DNA of 32,888 nt, taken from a virus (taxonomy: Duplodnaviria; Caudoviricetes). Location of the stretch: positions 1 to 32,888 of IMG/VR virus record IMGVR_UViG_3300030406_003741; one strand, written 5' to 3'. A model generated the notes under the pieces. It did no database searches. It was not told where the DNA came from and worked only from the letters and a program-made list of their open reading frames with translations. The position numbers and the translations under genes were made by a program. Below are positions 10,161 through 17,737 of the stretch, piece after piece (the stretch's first letter is position 1; each line of letters begins with the position of its first letter).

Positions 10161-11132
10161 ATGTCCTTCTTCAATCGTTTTTACAGACGAACTCTCCGAC
10201 CTGCTGCTGCTGGCGGAGGCGGTGGTGGAAATCCTTTTCGCGATTGGACTGAAATAGACATCCACGATTCCAGCCTTTGGCAACGCCGTGACGCCACCTC
10301 GAACTCAGCCGCATCATCTGGAACCATCGTAAGCGGCGGCGGAGTCACAGTTTACAGCAACTCAGCCACAGGAAAAAAGCACATCCAGCCAGGGACCATC
10401 AAAGGCACCTTCTACATCGCGAAGGCACACCTCAAGCCCTACGAGGAATGCGGCCTCGCTGAGCCTTCAGGCGTGGGGGCCAACGAGATCTATCCAGAAC
10501 AGTTCTCAATCAAGGTGGAACTACTCCTCGATGACATCCCCATCACTGGCCCAACAGGAAGTGAGAGCGATCCCACCAACTACTACGGGCGAAATGGACA
10601 AGTTCTCGTCGGTTTGGTTCACTATGCTAGCGACCAAAACAATGCTCCAGCCATGCCAGACCAAAACAGCGGATTTGTCATGGCTCGCATGTACAAAAAC
10701 AAAGTCAATGATCCAACCTCCACAACCGATACTTTGCTCTACAAGTCGGGGTATGTAACGGGTGCTGCTCAGGCTTCTACCGGCGGTGCTACTTTCAAAT
10801 GTCAATACAGCCCAGTCCGAGATGTTGACCACAACGCTATTGTATTTCAGGCGACTTTTGGAGCGTGCAGTCGCAGCAGCACTGATCGCGTCTATGTGAA
10901 TGGCGGATCTTACTCGACAACAAATCCGAGATCTCGATTCACTGGTCCGAATTTTGGCAACAATGGAGGAACTGCTAACGAGTTCACAGGGGTGGATGAT
11001 CGGTATGTCCATGTAGCGGTGGGATTCTGTGCATTTGACAGCGACCAGGCCCGCGTATTTTCCATTAGGGTAAAACGAGTGCGCTATCTTATTCAACCAA
11101 TCTCTAATCGTGAAGCCTTCACCACGGAGTAG
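10161..11132 (+). CDS. Putative fibre/receptor-binding protein (short N-terminal anchor, poly-Gly linker, beta-rich domain)
   Basis: ATG 10161 sits just after the previous stop and is preferred to TTG 10140. AAAGGGGGG peptide linker, then a Ser/Thr/Gly-rich beta domain. Confidence 0.55.
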   Translation: MSFFNRFYRRTLRPAAAGGGGGGNPFRDWTEIDIHDSSLWQRRDATSNSAASSGTIVSGGGVTVYSNSATGKKHIQPGTIKGTFYIAKAHLKPYEECGLAEPSGVGANEIYPEQFSIKVELLLDDIPITGPTGSESDPTNYYGRNGQVLVGLVHYASDQNNAPAMPDQNSGFVMARMYKNKVNDPTSTTDTLLYKSGYVTGAAQASTGGATFKCQYSPVRDVDHNAIVFQATFGACSRSSTDRVYVNGGSYSTTNPRSRFTGPNFGNNGGTANEFTGVDDRYVHVAVGFCAFDSDQARVFSIRVKRVRYLIQPISNREAFTTE

Positions 11133-11134
11133 AG

Positions 11135-11413
11135 ATGGACATTATTCTCTTTGAAACAGTCAGTAGTTCAGCAGCCGATGACGTTGTGGCGGCAGTTCAG
11201 GCCCAAAGCCTCTGGGGTATCAACATGGGGACAACGTCCAAGGCAGCAGCGCACTCAAACTTCGTTGTAGTCGAGGCAACCGCTACTCGTGTCAGCAATC
11301 TTATTAGTGCAATGCCCGATAATGTAGACATGGAACTGCATTACCATGACATTCATTCCTTCACAGACTCGACAACAGAACAGAAACTGTGGTACTTGCG
11401 CGGTCAACTGTAG
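11135..11413 (+). CDS. Hypothetical protein, 92 aa
   Basis: GGAG SD, directly follows the fibre-like gene. Confidence 0.6.
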   Translation: MDIILFETVSSSAADDVVAAVQAQSLWGINMGTTSKAAAHSNFVVVEATATRVSNLISAMPDNVDMELHYHDIHSFTDSTTEQKLWYLRGQL

Positions 11414-11422
11414 GGGTGAATA

Positions 11423-11614
11423 ATGGAGCAGCGAGTACGACAGCTTGAGACAGACGTAGCCGTCTTGGGCCAGCGCATGGAGCATGTGGAGAATGAGATG
11501 TCCTCGATTCGAGATGACATCCAACTTCTCAAGAAGGAACTCCACAAGGCCCAGGGGCTTATCATAGGCTCTATTGTACTCGTCCAGTTCATCTCAACTT
11601 ACATGGCAAGCTGA
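11423..11614 (+). CDS. Small coiled-coil + C-terminal TM protein (XhlA/holin-like)
   Basis: Heptad repeat (VRQLETDVAVLGQRMEHVENEMSSIRDDI) followed by hydrophobic LIIGSIVLVQFI. Confidence 0.6.
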   Translation: MEQRVRQLETDVAVLGQRMEHVENEMSSIRDDIQLLKKELHKAQGLIIGSIVLVQFISTYMAS

Positions 11615-11874
11615 TGGGTGATGGTGCTGCCAACGCTCTCGCACAGATGCCTCCATGGGGATGGGGTCTATTGTTATTGGGCTCCGGTGGTGGCATAGGG
11701 ACGTTGTCAGGCATGAGCTTAGGCGAAAACGAGGACTGTATTCAAGAAGGTGATTTGGTTCGAGCAGAAGCCGAGGCAGCGGCAGCACAAGCCGCTATGC
11801 AATCGACTGCCAAAAGCATGGATGCTCTGATCAAAGTTCTCAAAGAATGCAAAAGCTCACCATGGATTGAATAG
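11614..11874 (+). CDS. Small membrane-anchored helical protein
   Basis: TGATG coupling. Hydrophobic WGWGLLLLGSGGGIG segment, then an Ala-rich helix. Confidence 0.55.
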   Translation: MGDGAANALAQMPPWGWGLLLLGSGGGIGTLSGMSLGENEDCIQEGDLVRAEAEAAAAQAAMQSTAKSMDALIKVLKECKSSPWIE

Positions 11875-12053
11875 TGGGTCCAGAGGCAACAGCGTTCGCG
11901 GATCTTGGTCTTACTGCGGCTCTGGTATACTTCGTCGTGAACGACAGTAGAAACAAGGGCAAAGCCCTTACAATGATGACTCGCGACTACATTGCTCTGC
12001 TCGAACGGGCTATTTCTGCTATTGAGAAGAGCAACAACAATCGGACGGACTAA
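11874..12053 (+). CDS. Small holin-like protein, 59 aa (not in ORF track): MGPEATAFADLGLTAALVYFVVNDSRNKGKALTMMTRDYIALLERAISAIEKSNNNRTD
   Basis: GTG overlaps the previous TAG and the ORF fills the gap exactly. N-terminal TM plus amphipathic helix, a BhlA-like layout. Confidence 0.55.
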   Translation: MGPEATAFADLGLTAALVYFVVNDSRNKGKALTMMTRDYIALLERAISAIEKSNNNRTD

Positions 12054-12058
12054 TCAAC

Positions 12059-12442
12059 ATGGCTGTGTATGAAAAATTAAACCTGTCTCCAGGTGGTACG
12101 GAAGGAGACGGGAATCCGATTCAAATCACTGACACTACTGGCAACGGGTCGTTTATCCACGACACCTCCAACGATGAAACCAAACAAGATGAGCTTTGGT
12201 TGTGGGCCACGAACATCCACACCTCAGATGTCCAGGTAACTCTACATGTCGGTTATTTAAACTCAGGTTCCGCTGCTGCTACCGAGCAAATGATTGTGAC
12301 TCTTCCTTCTAAGTCTGGATGGACGCTGATTCTACAGGGTATTCCACTCCGTTCGAGCGGCTCCACACCTCGTCGTGTTGCAGCTATCGCGGGCACTGCC
12401 AATGTGGTGAATGTCGTAGGTTACGTCAACAGGATTTCTTAG
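12059..12442 (+). CDS. Putative minor virion protein, 127 aa
   Basis: DELWLWATN..VTL..and NVVNVVGYVNRI motifs, beta-sandwich pattern seen in uncultured phage structural regions. Confidence 0.6.
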   Translation: MAVYEKLNLSPGGTEGDGNPIQITDTTGNGSFIHDTSNDETKQDELWLWATNIHTSDVQVTLHVGYLNSGSAAATEQMIVTLPSKSGWTLILQGIPLRSSGSTPRRVAAIAGTANVVNVVGYVNRIS

Positions 12443-12453
12443 AGGATTAGAAG

Positions 12454-12876
12454 ATGGCAAACGGTAAATCATGTCCAATCGCAACGCAAGATCTTCAGGT
12501 CAACACGAAGAACAGAAACAATGCTATTCAGCAACCGTATATCCAATACGGTCCTTTGAATTTAGCAGATGAAGAGTATTGGGTTAGGGCAGCGAAGCAT
12601 TGGCGCACCACACCTGAGGTTGCCAAAGAATCCCGTTGCGGAAACTGCATTGCTTTTGACGTTTCTCCGAGAATGAAAGAATGCATGCCTGGTCCAACAT
12701 CAGAGCCTATTGAGGACGAGGAAGGCAATCTTGGGTACTGTTGGATGCACGATTTCAAGTGCCATAGTGCTCGCACCTGCTATACATGGGCAGCGGGTGG
12801 CCCTATTTCAGAAGACAGCGTGTCGGAAGAATGGCAGGGTCGCTCCGATCAGGAAGTCTTACAAGAATCCATGTAG
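12454..12876 (+). CDS. Cys-rich protein, possible HiPIP-like Fe-S/Zn-binding
   Basis: GAGG SD. CGNC...GYC..HDFKC...TCYTW. Confidence 0.55.
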   Translation: MANGKSCPIATQDLQVNTKNRNNAIQQPYIQYGPLNLADEEYWVRAAKHWRTTPEVAKESRCGNCIAFDVSPRMKECMPGPTSEPIEDEEGNLGYCWMHDFKCHSARTCYTWAAGGPISEDSVSEEWQGRSDQEVLQESM

Positions 12877-12888
12877 AGAGGGCTATAG

Positions 12889-13377
12889 ATGGCACATTTT
12901 TCTCTTGATGAGTTTGTGGGTGCAATTCAAGAGGCGGTGGTCAAATCAACGGACATTGCCGAAACTCATGAGCTAAATCACATTCGCCAAGAAGAGTGGT
13001 GGATTGACACTGGTGAAAAAGACGGCGACGGAAATCCGATCTATAGGCCGAGAATGGTCACTGTTCGGCTTCCTGTTTGGGAGGAAGGCAAGCAGGTAGA
13101 CAAAGACATCCAAGTCCCAATGCAGACTCTCGTGACTGGTCAGTCGTTGGCTATCGAACAACTTGTGGTTGAGATGGACATTGAACTACAAGGAATGGAA
13201 GACGGCGCTGACATTGGCTGCACGCACCGTAAGTTGAAGATAAATCCAACTATTGGTGGTAATGGATGGTTTGCTAAAAAGCGCAATACTGCTAAGATTT
13301 CAATAACCTTCAAGGGCCAAGAGCCTCCTGAAGGGTACGCAAGAATCGACAATCAACTCATCAAACTACTGCCATAG
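12889..13377 (+). CDS. DUF2589-like protein (short paralog)
   Basis: SLDEFVGAIQEAVV, IQVPMQTLV...LAIEQLVVEMDIEL, AKISITFKGQEPPEGYARI. Confidence 0.7.
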   Translation: MAHFSLDEFVGAIQEAVVKSTDIAETHELNHIRQEEWWIDTGEKDGDGNPIYRPRMVTVRLPVWEEGKQVDKDIQVPMQTLVTGQSLAIEQLVVEMDIELQGMEDGADIGCTHRKLKINPTIGGNGWFAKKRNTAKISITFKGQEPPEGYARIDNQLIKLLP

Positions 13378-13384
13378 GAACAAT

Positions 13385-13675
13385 ATGCCCGCCAAGAAAG
13401 ATCCCAGGATGGCAAAGCTCGGAGTGTCCGGCTACAACAAGCCAAAGCGCACACCCAAGCACCCAAAGAAATCACACGTTGTACTGGCTAAAGAGGGTGA
13501 CAAAGTAAAGACCATCCGATTTGGTGAGCAGGGTGCTAAGACAGCAGGCAAACCTAAAAAGGGTGAATCCAAAGCGATGACGAAAAAGCGAGCTAGCTTC
13601 AAGTCTCGTCATGGCAAGAACATCGCGAAAGGCAAGATGAGTGCTGCGTACTGGGCTGATAAGGTGAAGTGGTAG
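13385..13675 (+). CDS. Small Lys-rich conserved phage protein, 96 aa
   Basis: GYNKPKRTPxHPKKSHVV..KTIRFG..FKSRH..SAAYWADKVKW, a pattern recalled from aquatic phages. Confidence 0.75.
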   Translation: MPAKKDPRMAKLGVSGYNKPKRTPKHPKKSHVVLAKEGDKVKTIRFGEQGAKTAGKPKKGESKAMTKKRASFKSRHGKNIAKGKMSAAYWADKVKW

Positions 13676-13679
13676 CCCA

Positions 13680-13805
13680 ATGCCTTACAAAAAATACAGC
13701 GCAAAACAGAAGAAACTTGCCGCAGTCGCTCCTCCACGAAAGAAGATTACTAAGGCTGATTTCAAGAAGTTGAACAAGTCTAAGAAAACCAGGAGTAAAC
13801 GATGA
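13680..13805 (+). CDS. Tiny basic protein, 41 aa (not in ORF track): MPYKKYSAKQKKLAAVAPPRKKITKADFKKLNKSKKTRSKR
   Basis: Fills the gap between neighbours, ATGA-coupled to the next gene, same composition as its neighbours. Confidence 0.7.
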   Translation: MPYKKYSAKQKKLAAVAPPRKKITKADFKKLNKSKKTRSKR

Positions 13806-13984
13806 CGAAGAAGAAATCTACCGTAAACAAAGCCGGTAACTACACCAAACCTACGATGCGTAAGAACCTGTTCAACAAAATTAAAGCAGGAAGCAAGGGT
13901 GGGAAGCCTGGTCAATGGTCGGCTCGTAAAGCTCAGATGTTAGCTAAACAATACAAAGCTAAGGGCGGAGGATACAAGTCATGA
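13802..13984 (+). CDS. Small basic protein, DUF5872-like N-terminal half
   Basis: AGGAG SD. NYTKP..R...IKAGSKGGKPGQWSARKAQMLAKQYKAKGGGY. Confidence 0.75.
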   Translation: MTKKKSTVNKAGNYTKPTMRKNLFNKIKAGSKGGKPGQWSARKAQMLAKQYKAKGGGYKS

Positions 13985-14136
13985 AGGCATCTAAGAAGTT
14001 GGCTAAGGTCAGTAAGGAACTTACGAAAGCGTCTAAGATGCACGCTAAGCAGTCTAAGGTTACAAAAAAACTTGCTAAGGACTTGAAAAAACAAGAGCGC
14101 TCTAAGCCCTCGTATACCAGTCGTAGGCGCAAGTAA
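13981..14136 (+). CDS. Tiny basic helical protein, 51 aa (not in ORF track): MKASKKLAKVSKELTKASKMHAKQSKVTKKLAKDLKKQERSKPSYTSRRRK
   Basis: GGAGG SD. ATGA and TAATG coupling on both sides. Confidence 0.7.
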   Translation: MKASKKLAKVSKELTKASKMHAKQSKVTKKLAKDLKKQERSKPSYTSRRRK

Positions 14137-14378
14137 TGGCACTTAAGAAAAGCCAGAAGTCGCTAAAGCGGTGGACTAAACAAAAGTGGCGCACTGCATC
14201 TGGGAAGCCCAGCGGCAAGACAGGTGAAGTTTATGCCCCCGAAAAGACCATTTCTAAGTTAAAGTCAACGCCAGCAGGCCGTCGTAAGCTTGCTGCTGCA
14301 AACAAAGCTAAAAGGGCTGCCACCAAAAAAGGTAAGCAGCACGCATCTCACGGCCTCCACAAGGGCAAGAAAAGATAG
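14136..14378 (+). CDS. Small basic protein, DUF5872-like C-terminal half
   Basis: QKSLKRWTKQKWRT..GK...GEVYAP...KRAATKKGKQ. Confidence 0.7.
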   Translation: MALKKSQKSLKRWTKQKWRTASGKPSGKTGEVYAPEKTISKLKSTPAGRRKLAAANKAKRAATKKGKQHASHGLHKGKKR

Positions 14379-14387
14379 GAGTAGAAC

Positions 14388-15008
14388 ATGGCTGACGGCC
14401 TCGTAAAAATGTCCGACCAGTTTGGTGGTCTTCCCATGGATCAACTCATTGGTGGTCCACTGAAAGCAGCCTGTGATTCACAGGTACAGCTTGCTAAAGC
14501 TACTGCTGACTTTATCCAGAATGTTGGACTTGAGGCCGACGAGAATGGTTTGCTCCGCACCCGCACGGTAGACTTCGTCTACAACAAGCCAGTCAACGAC
14601 GGCAACGGTGGGTACACGGATGTTGAGAACAAACTCGAAGTTCCGATTCTCACCATCCTCAACACTCCTGCTCTTCAGGTGAAAGAGGTTGAGGTTGACT
14701 TTACTATGGAGGTCAAGTCCAGCACCTCTGAGAAGAGCAGCCGCGACTACGAAGCCGCCATCGACACCCATGTCAAGGCAGGTTGGGGACCGGTGAGCGT
14801 GGACGTAAAGATCCACGGCTCCATTTCAGCAAAGAGTGAGAACACCCGCTCCTCAGACAACTCTGCAAAGTACAACGTCAAAGTGATTGCTCGCGACGAC
14901 GGCATGCCTGAAGGTCTCAAGCGTTGCCTGGACATCGTTCAGTCAGCTATCGCTGATAAGCCCCAAAATTCCTCACCTCCTGCTCCTCAACCCACTCCTA
15001 AGAAGTAG
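14388..15008 (+). CDS. DUF2589 family protein (long paralog)
   Basis: AGGAG SD. FGGLPMDQLIGGPLKAACDSQVQLAKATADFIQNVG, LEVPILTI..P.LQV..V.VDFTMEV, SSDNSAKYNV...MPEGL. Confidence 0.85.
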   Translation: MADGLVKMSDQFGGLPMDQLIGGPLKAACDSQVQLAKATADFIQNVGLEADENGLLRTRTVDFVYNKPVNDGNGGYTDVENKLEVPILTILNTPALQVKEVEVDFTMEVKSSTSEKSSRDYEAAIDTHVKAGWGPVSVDVKIHGSISAKSENTRSSDNSAKYNVKVIARDDGMPEGLKRCLDIVQSAIADKPQNSSPPAPQPTPKK

Positions 15009-15015
15009 GTGAAAC

Positions 15016-15366
15016 ATGGCAACTAAAACTGGAAAGTACAGCGCTACCCATACCGACTTCGTTCTTACTGATGATGACGTAGATGAGACCGCTGTGGACA
15101 ATGTCTTTGGGGGCACTGCCACAGTGTACTCGATGCACATGGATGTACCGTCAGGCACGACTCACCTGAGACTTTATGACAATGCAGACCCTACAGTGGG
15201 TACTACCGAGCCGGATTTTATTTTCAAGCTGACTGAAGAAGTCTGTTGGACGATCATTGATGGGATCACGTTCAACAATCTTAGTTATGCAGCGGTCCAA
15301 GAAGATGGAACGAGCGGTACTACTGCTCCAGCAGTCACTGTAAAACTACACGCCGTGGTGAGGTAA
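15016..15366 (+). CDS. Small beta-rich virion-type protein (paralog of next)
   Basis: HLRLYDNADPTVGTTEPDF..GITF pattern. Confidence 0.6.
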   Translation: MATKTGKYSATHTDFVLTDDDVDETAVDNVFGGTATVYSMHMDVPSGTTHLRLYDNADPTVGTTEPDFIFKLTEEVCWTIIDGITFNNLSYAAVQEDGTSGTTAPAVTVKLHAVVR

Positions 15367-15368
15367 AA

Positions 15369-15746
15369 ATGGCTCTTACTATTCAACCTGTTGTTGTAAA
15401 CGCAGGAACCATCTACGCTATTCAAACTGACGCCACATGTGCCCCAGACACCCTGACAGGTACTGCTGGTAAACTTTACAAGGTAGAGATCGACAACACA
15501 GGCAACAGCGTTCCCGTTTATGTGAAGCTCTACGATTTGGGAAGCGCAGCCGCCTGTACGCATGCGTCAACTGATCCCAATTGGGTGCTGAAGTGTCCAG
15601 CACAATCCTCTCGCGTTTTTACTTGTGCGACTGGAAACGCATTCGCTAATGGAATCAAAGCTTTGTGTGCAACTGAAGCAGGCACTGGTGCGACTGCTGT
15701 TGTGAATCCGGCTGCCGATGTCACCTATCGAATCCTCCTCGGATGA
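15369..15746 (+). CDS. Small beta-rich virion-type protein
   Basis: GAGG SD. VYVKLYD..TDPNW..GNAFANGI pattern, similar to 15016-15366. Confidence 0.6.
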   Translation: MALTIQPVVVNAGTIYAIQTDATCAPDTLTGTAGKLYKVEIDNTGNSVPVYVKLYDLGSAAACTHASTDPNWVLKCPAQSSRVFTCATGNAFANGIKALCATEAGTGATAVVNPAADVTYRILLG

Positions 15747-15898
15747 TGAAGTACGAAACCAGTAGAACCTTCAAGGTAAGAACTTGCGAGACGAAGAAGA
15801 TTCGCAAGCAACAAGTCACCATTGTCAGGACTGGTGTTCGTGTAAAGACCACCTCGGACAAGACGGAGACAAATCATGTTGTTGAAGAAGGGAAGTAG
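15743..15898 (+). CDS. Possible 51 aa basic ORF (MMKYETSRTFKVRTCETKK...)
   Basis: ATGA coupling to the upstream gene, fills the gap, overlaps the endolysin start by 23 nt. No clear SD. Confidence 0.4.
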   Translation: MMKYETSRTFKVRTCETKKIRKQQVTIVRTGVRVKTTSDKTETNHVVEEGK

Positions 15899-16679
15899 GG
15901 GACCGGAAGTAAAGAAGGCCCAGTCATTGTTGAATGACAAAGGGTTTGGTCAGATCGGAGTTGATGGGATCTTTGGAAGTGGCACAGAAAACGCTGTAAA
16001 GCGCTTTCAGAAGGCTACACGGCTTGGCGTTGACGGAATCATTGGGCCGAACACTATGAGCGCCCTGGAGGCCCCTGACGAGCCAGAGCAGCCTAAAGTT
16101 TCGGACGATGCTCCAGCAATCATCTCTGTGTTGAAGTCAAAAGGGTATGACGTATACACAGACGGACAGATCAATAGCATTGGTGTACGGTCAAAGAATC
16201 CTATTTCCAATAGCTTTGACGATGAAATGCATTTGGTCTGGGTCAGTAATGGTCTGTGGCAACATAAAAAGTACAGAATCACCACTGATCCTGGTCAGTT
16301 TTGCCTTGAAAACCCTGAGGTCTATGGCAGTTCAGCAGGCACTGCTATCCTTGTTCCTGGTCAGTACCCTGCGTACAAGTGGGATCTTCATGCTGGCAAG
16401 TATGAAACTCTGTGCCAGAGAGCCTCTACCGTGCGCGTATGGAGGGACAACAATCGAGACAACATACTAGACTTCGGTCATGATGGTGATCACGGAATCG
16501 AGGGCTGGTACGGGGTGAACCTGCATCATGCTGGCGAGAACTCAACACGGGTTGATAAGTGGAGCGCTGGGTGCCAGGTTTTTGCTAGAATCGCAGACTG
16601 GAAGGAAGCTGTTAGTATTTGGAAAGCGTCTGGTGCAGAGGTATTTACCTATACCCTGATTACAGAAGCCGATCTGTAG
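15876..16679 (+). CDS. Endolysin: N-terminal PG_binding_1 domain + His/Cys (YkuD/L,D-peptidase-like) catalytic domain
   Basis: LKKGSRGPEVKKAQSLL..DGIFGSGTENAVKRFQ..DGIIGPNT. Catalytic-like NLHHAG..KWSAGCQVF. Confidence 0.8.
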   Translation: MLLKKGSRGPEVKKAQSLLNDKGFGQIGVDGIFGSGTENAVKRFQKATRLGVDGIIGPNTMSALEAPDEPEQPKVSDDAPAIISVLKSKGYDVYTDGQINSIGVRSKNPISNSFDDEMHLVWVSNGLWQHKKYRITTDPGQFCLENPEVYGSSAGTAILVPGQYPAYKWDLHAGKYETLCQRASTVRVWRDNNRDNILDFGHDGDHGIEGWYGVNLHHAGENSTRVDKWSAGCQVFARIADWKEAVSIWKASGAEVFTYTLITEADL

Positions 16680-16689
16680 AGGAGAGAAC

Positions 16690-16908
16690 ATGGAAAAGCT
16701 CAAAGAACTGTGGAAGAAACTGGATGTAAAGGTTGCCTTGATTGGTGGCGTTGTTGTCATCTCAACCTCTTTCGGAACCTGTCATCTGATGGACAAGCCG
16801 GAGGAGCCTGCTGCTGTTGAGGAGCCCGAGGCACCTGAAGCTCCAGCAGAAGAGGCGGCCCCATCCGAGGATGAAGCCGCCCCTGCTGAAGAAACCGAGT
16901 CCGCTTAG
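16690..16908 (+). CDS. Small membrane protein with acidic Pro/Glu/Ala tail (possible lysis accessory)
   Basis: GAGGAG SD. TM segment VALIGGVVVISTSFGTC, then an EAP-rich tail. Confidence 0.65.
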   Translation: MEKLKELWKKLDVKVALIGGVVVISTSFGTCHLMDKPEEPAAVEEPEAPEAPAEEAAPSEDEAAPAEETESA

Positions 16909-17735
16909 TTATCTGACATTTCGTCATTTACTAGGACTGCTCTAAGGCCGTCCATGCCATCTGACGCACTGGCTGTTGTCGGGGAACCACTGCTAGAAAC
17001 GGTGGCCTCGATAACGTCTGTGTTGTAGTGCGGGTTGTCTCCATCAATCTCAATGGCTGTTGCCATCTCGACGGACATGGGCACTGCACCACCATTGAAT
17101 AGTGCTCGGATTGCGCTTTTACGAGCCATACGAGCGTAATCGTCAACCCATGGTCCGCTGCGTCCGCCTCTTGATCGCCTCTTGATTCGGTCGATGTCGT
17201 TCTTCCACAGAACTTCAAAGTACTGACCACCATCCTTGAGGACCACAACAGCGTAGGCAGCCACCACGTTTTTGTCGTCACGATCTACCTCGCCTCGAAC
17301 CTCGTGAGTAATGTCCGGTTGAAGTCCGGCGCTGACTGCAAAGGGCTCTCCCTTGTAGACCACACGGGCATCCAGCCATTTGATCTGGCCACTGCGTCGA
17401 GCAAGCTCCAGCATGCCCTTGTATCCAATGATAGGCGTGCAAGTCTTGCTACCAGACTTTCGATCATTGAATGGAATGAAGTACATGTGGCCAAGCATTC
17501 CTCCAGGTTCAAGACCAATCTGTGCTGACAACATCACTGATTGTGCGATGGACTTGAATGAACACTCCAGCAACGCTGGCGTATTGTGTGCTTCAATCAT
17601 CAGCACTTTCGCCATTCGCTCTGAAGTAAGGTGCTTTGGTAGCACCTCCATCAACTCTGGCTTCATCTTGTCCACCAGATCTTTGAACTTCACCATGGGT
17701 GTAGTTTCTTTCTTTTCGATTTGATTAGTTGGCAT
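16905..17735 (-). CDS. recT: RecT family single-strand annealing protein
   Basis: LPKHLTSERM, AQIGLEP..LGHMYFIPF, IIGYKGMLELARRSG, GPWVDDYARMARKSAIR. Confidence 0.95.
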   Translation of the reverse strand: MPTNQIEKKETTPMVKFKDLVDKMKPELMEVLPKHLTSERMAKVLMIEAHNTPALLECSFKSIAQSVMLSAQIGLEPGGMLGHMYFIPFNDRKSGSKTCTPIIGYKGMLELARRSGQIKWLDARVVYKGEPFAVSAGLQPDITHEVRGEVDRDDKNVVAAYAVVVLKDGGQYFEVLWKNDIDRIKRRSRGGRSGPWVDDYARMARKSAIRALFNGGAVPMSVEMATAIEIDGDNPHYNTDVIEATVSSSGSPTTASASDGMDGLRAVLVNDEMSDN

Positions 17736-17737
17736 GG

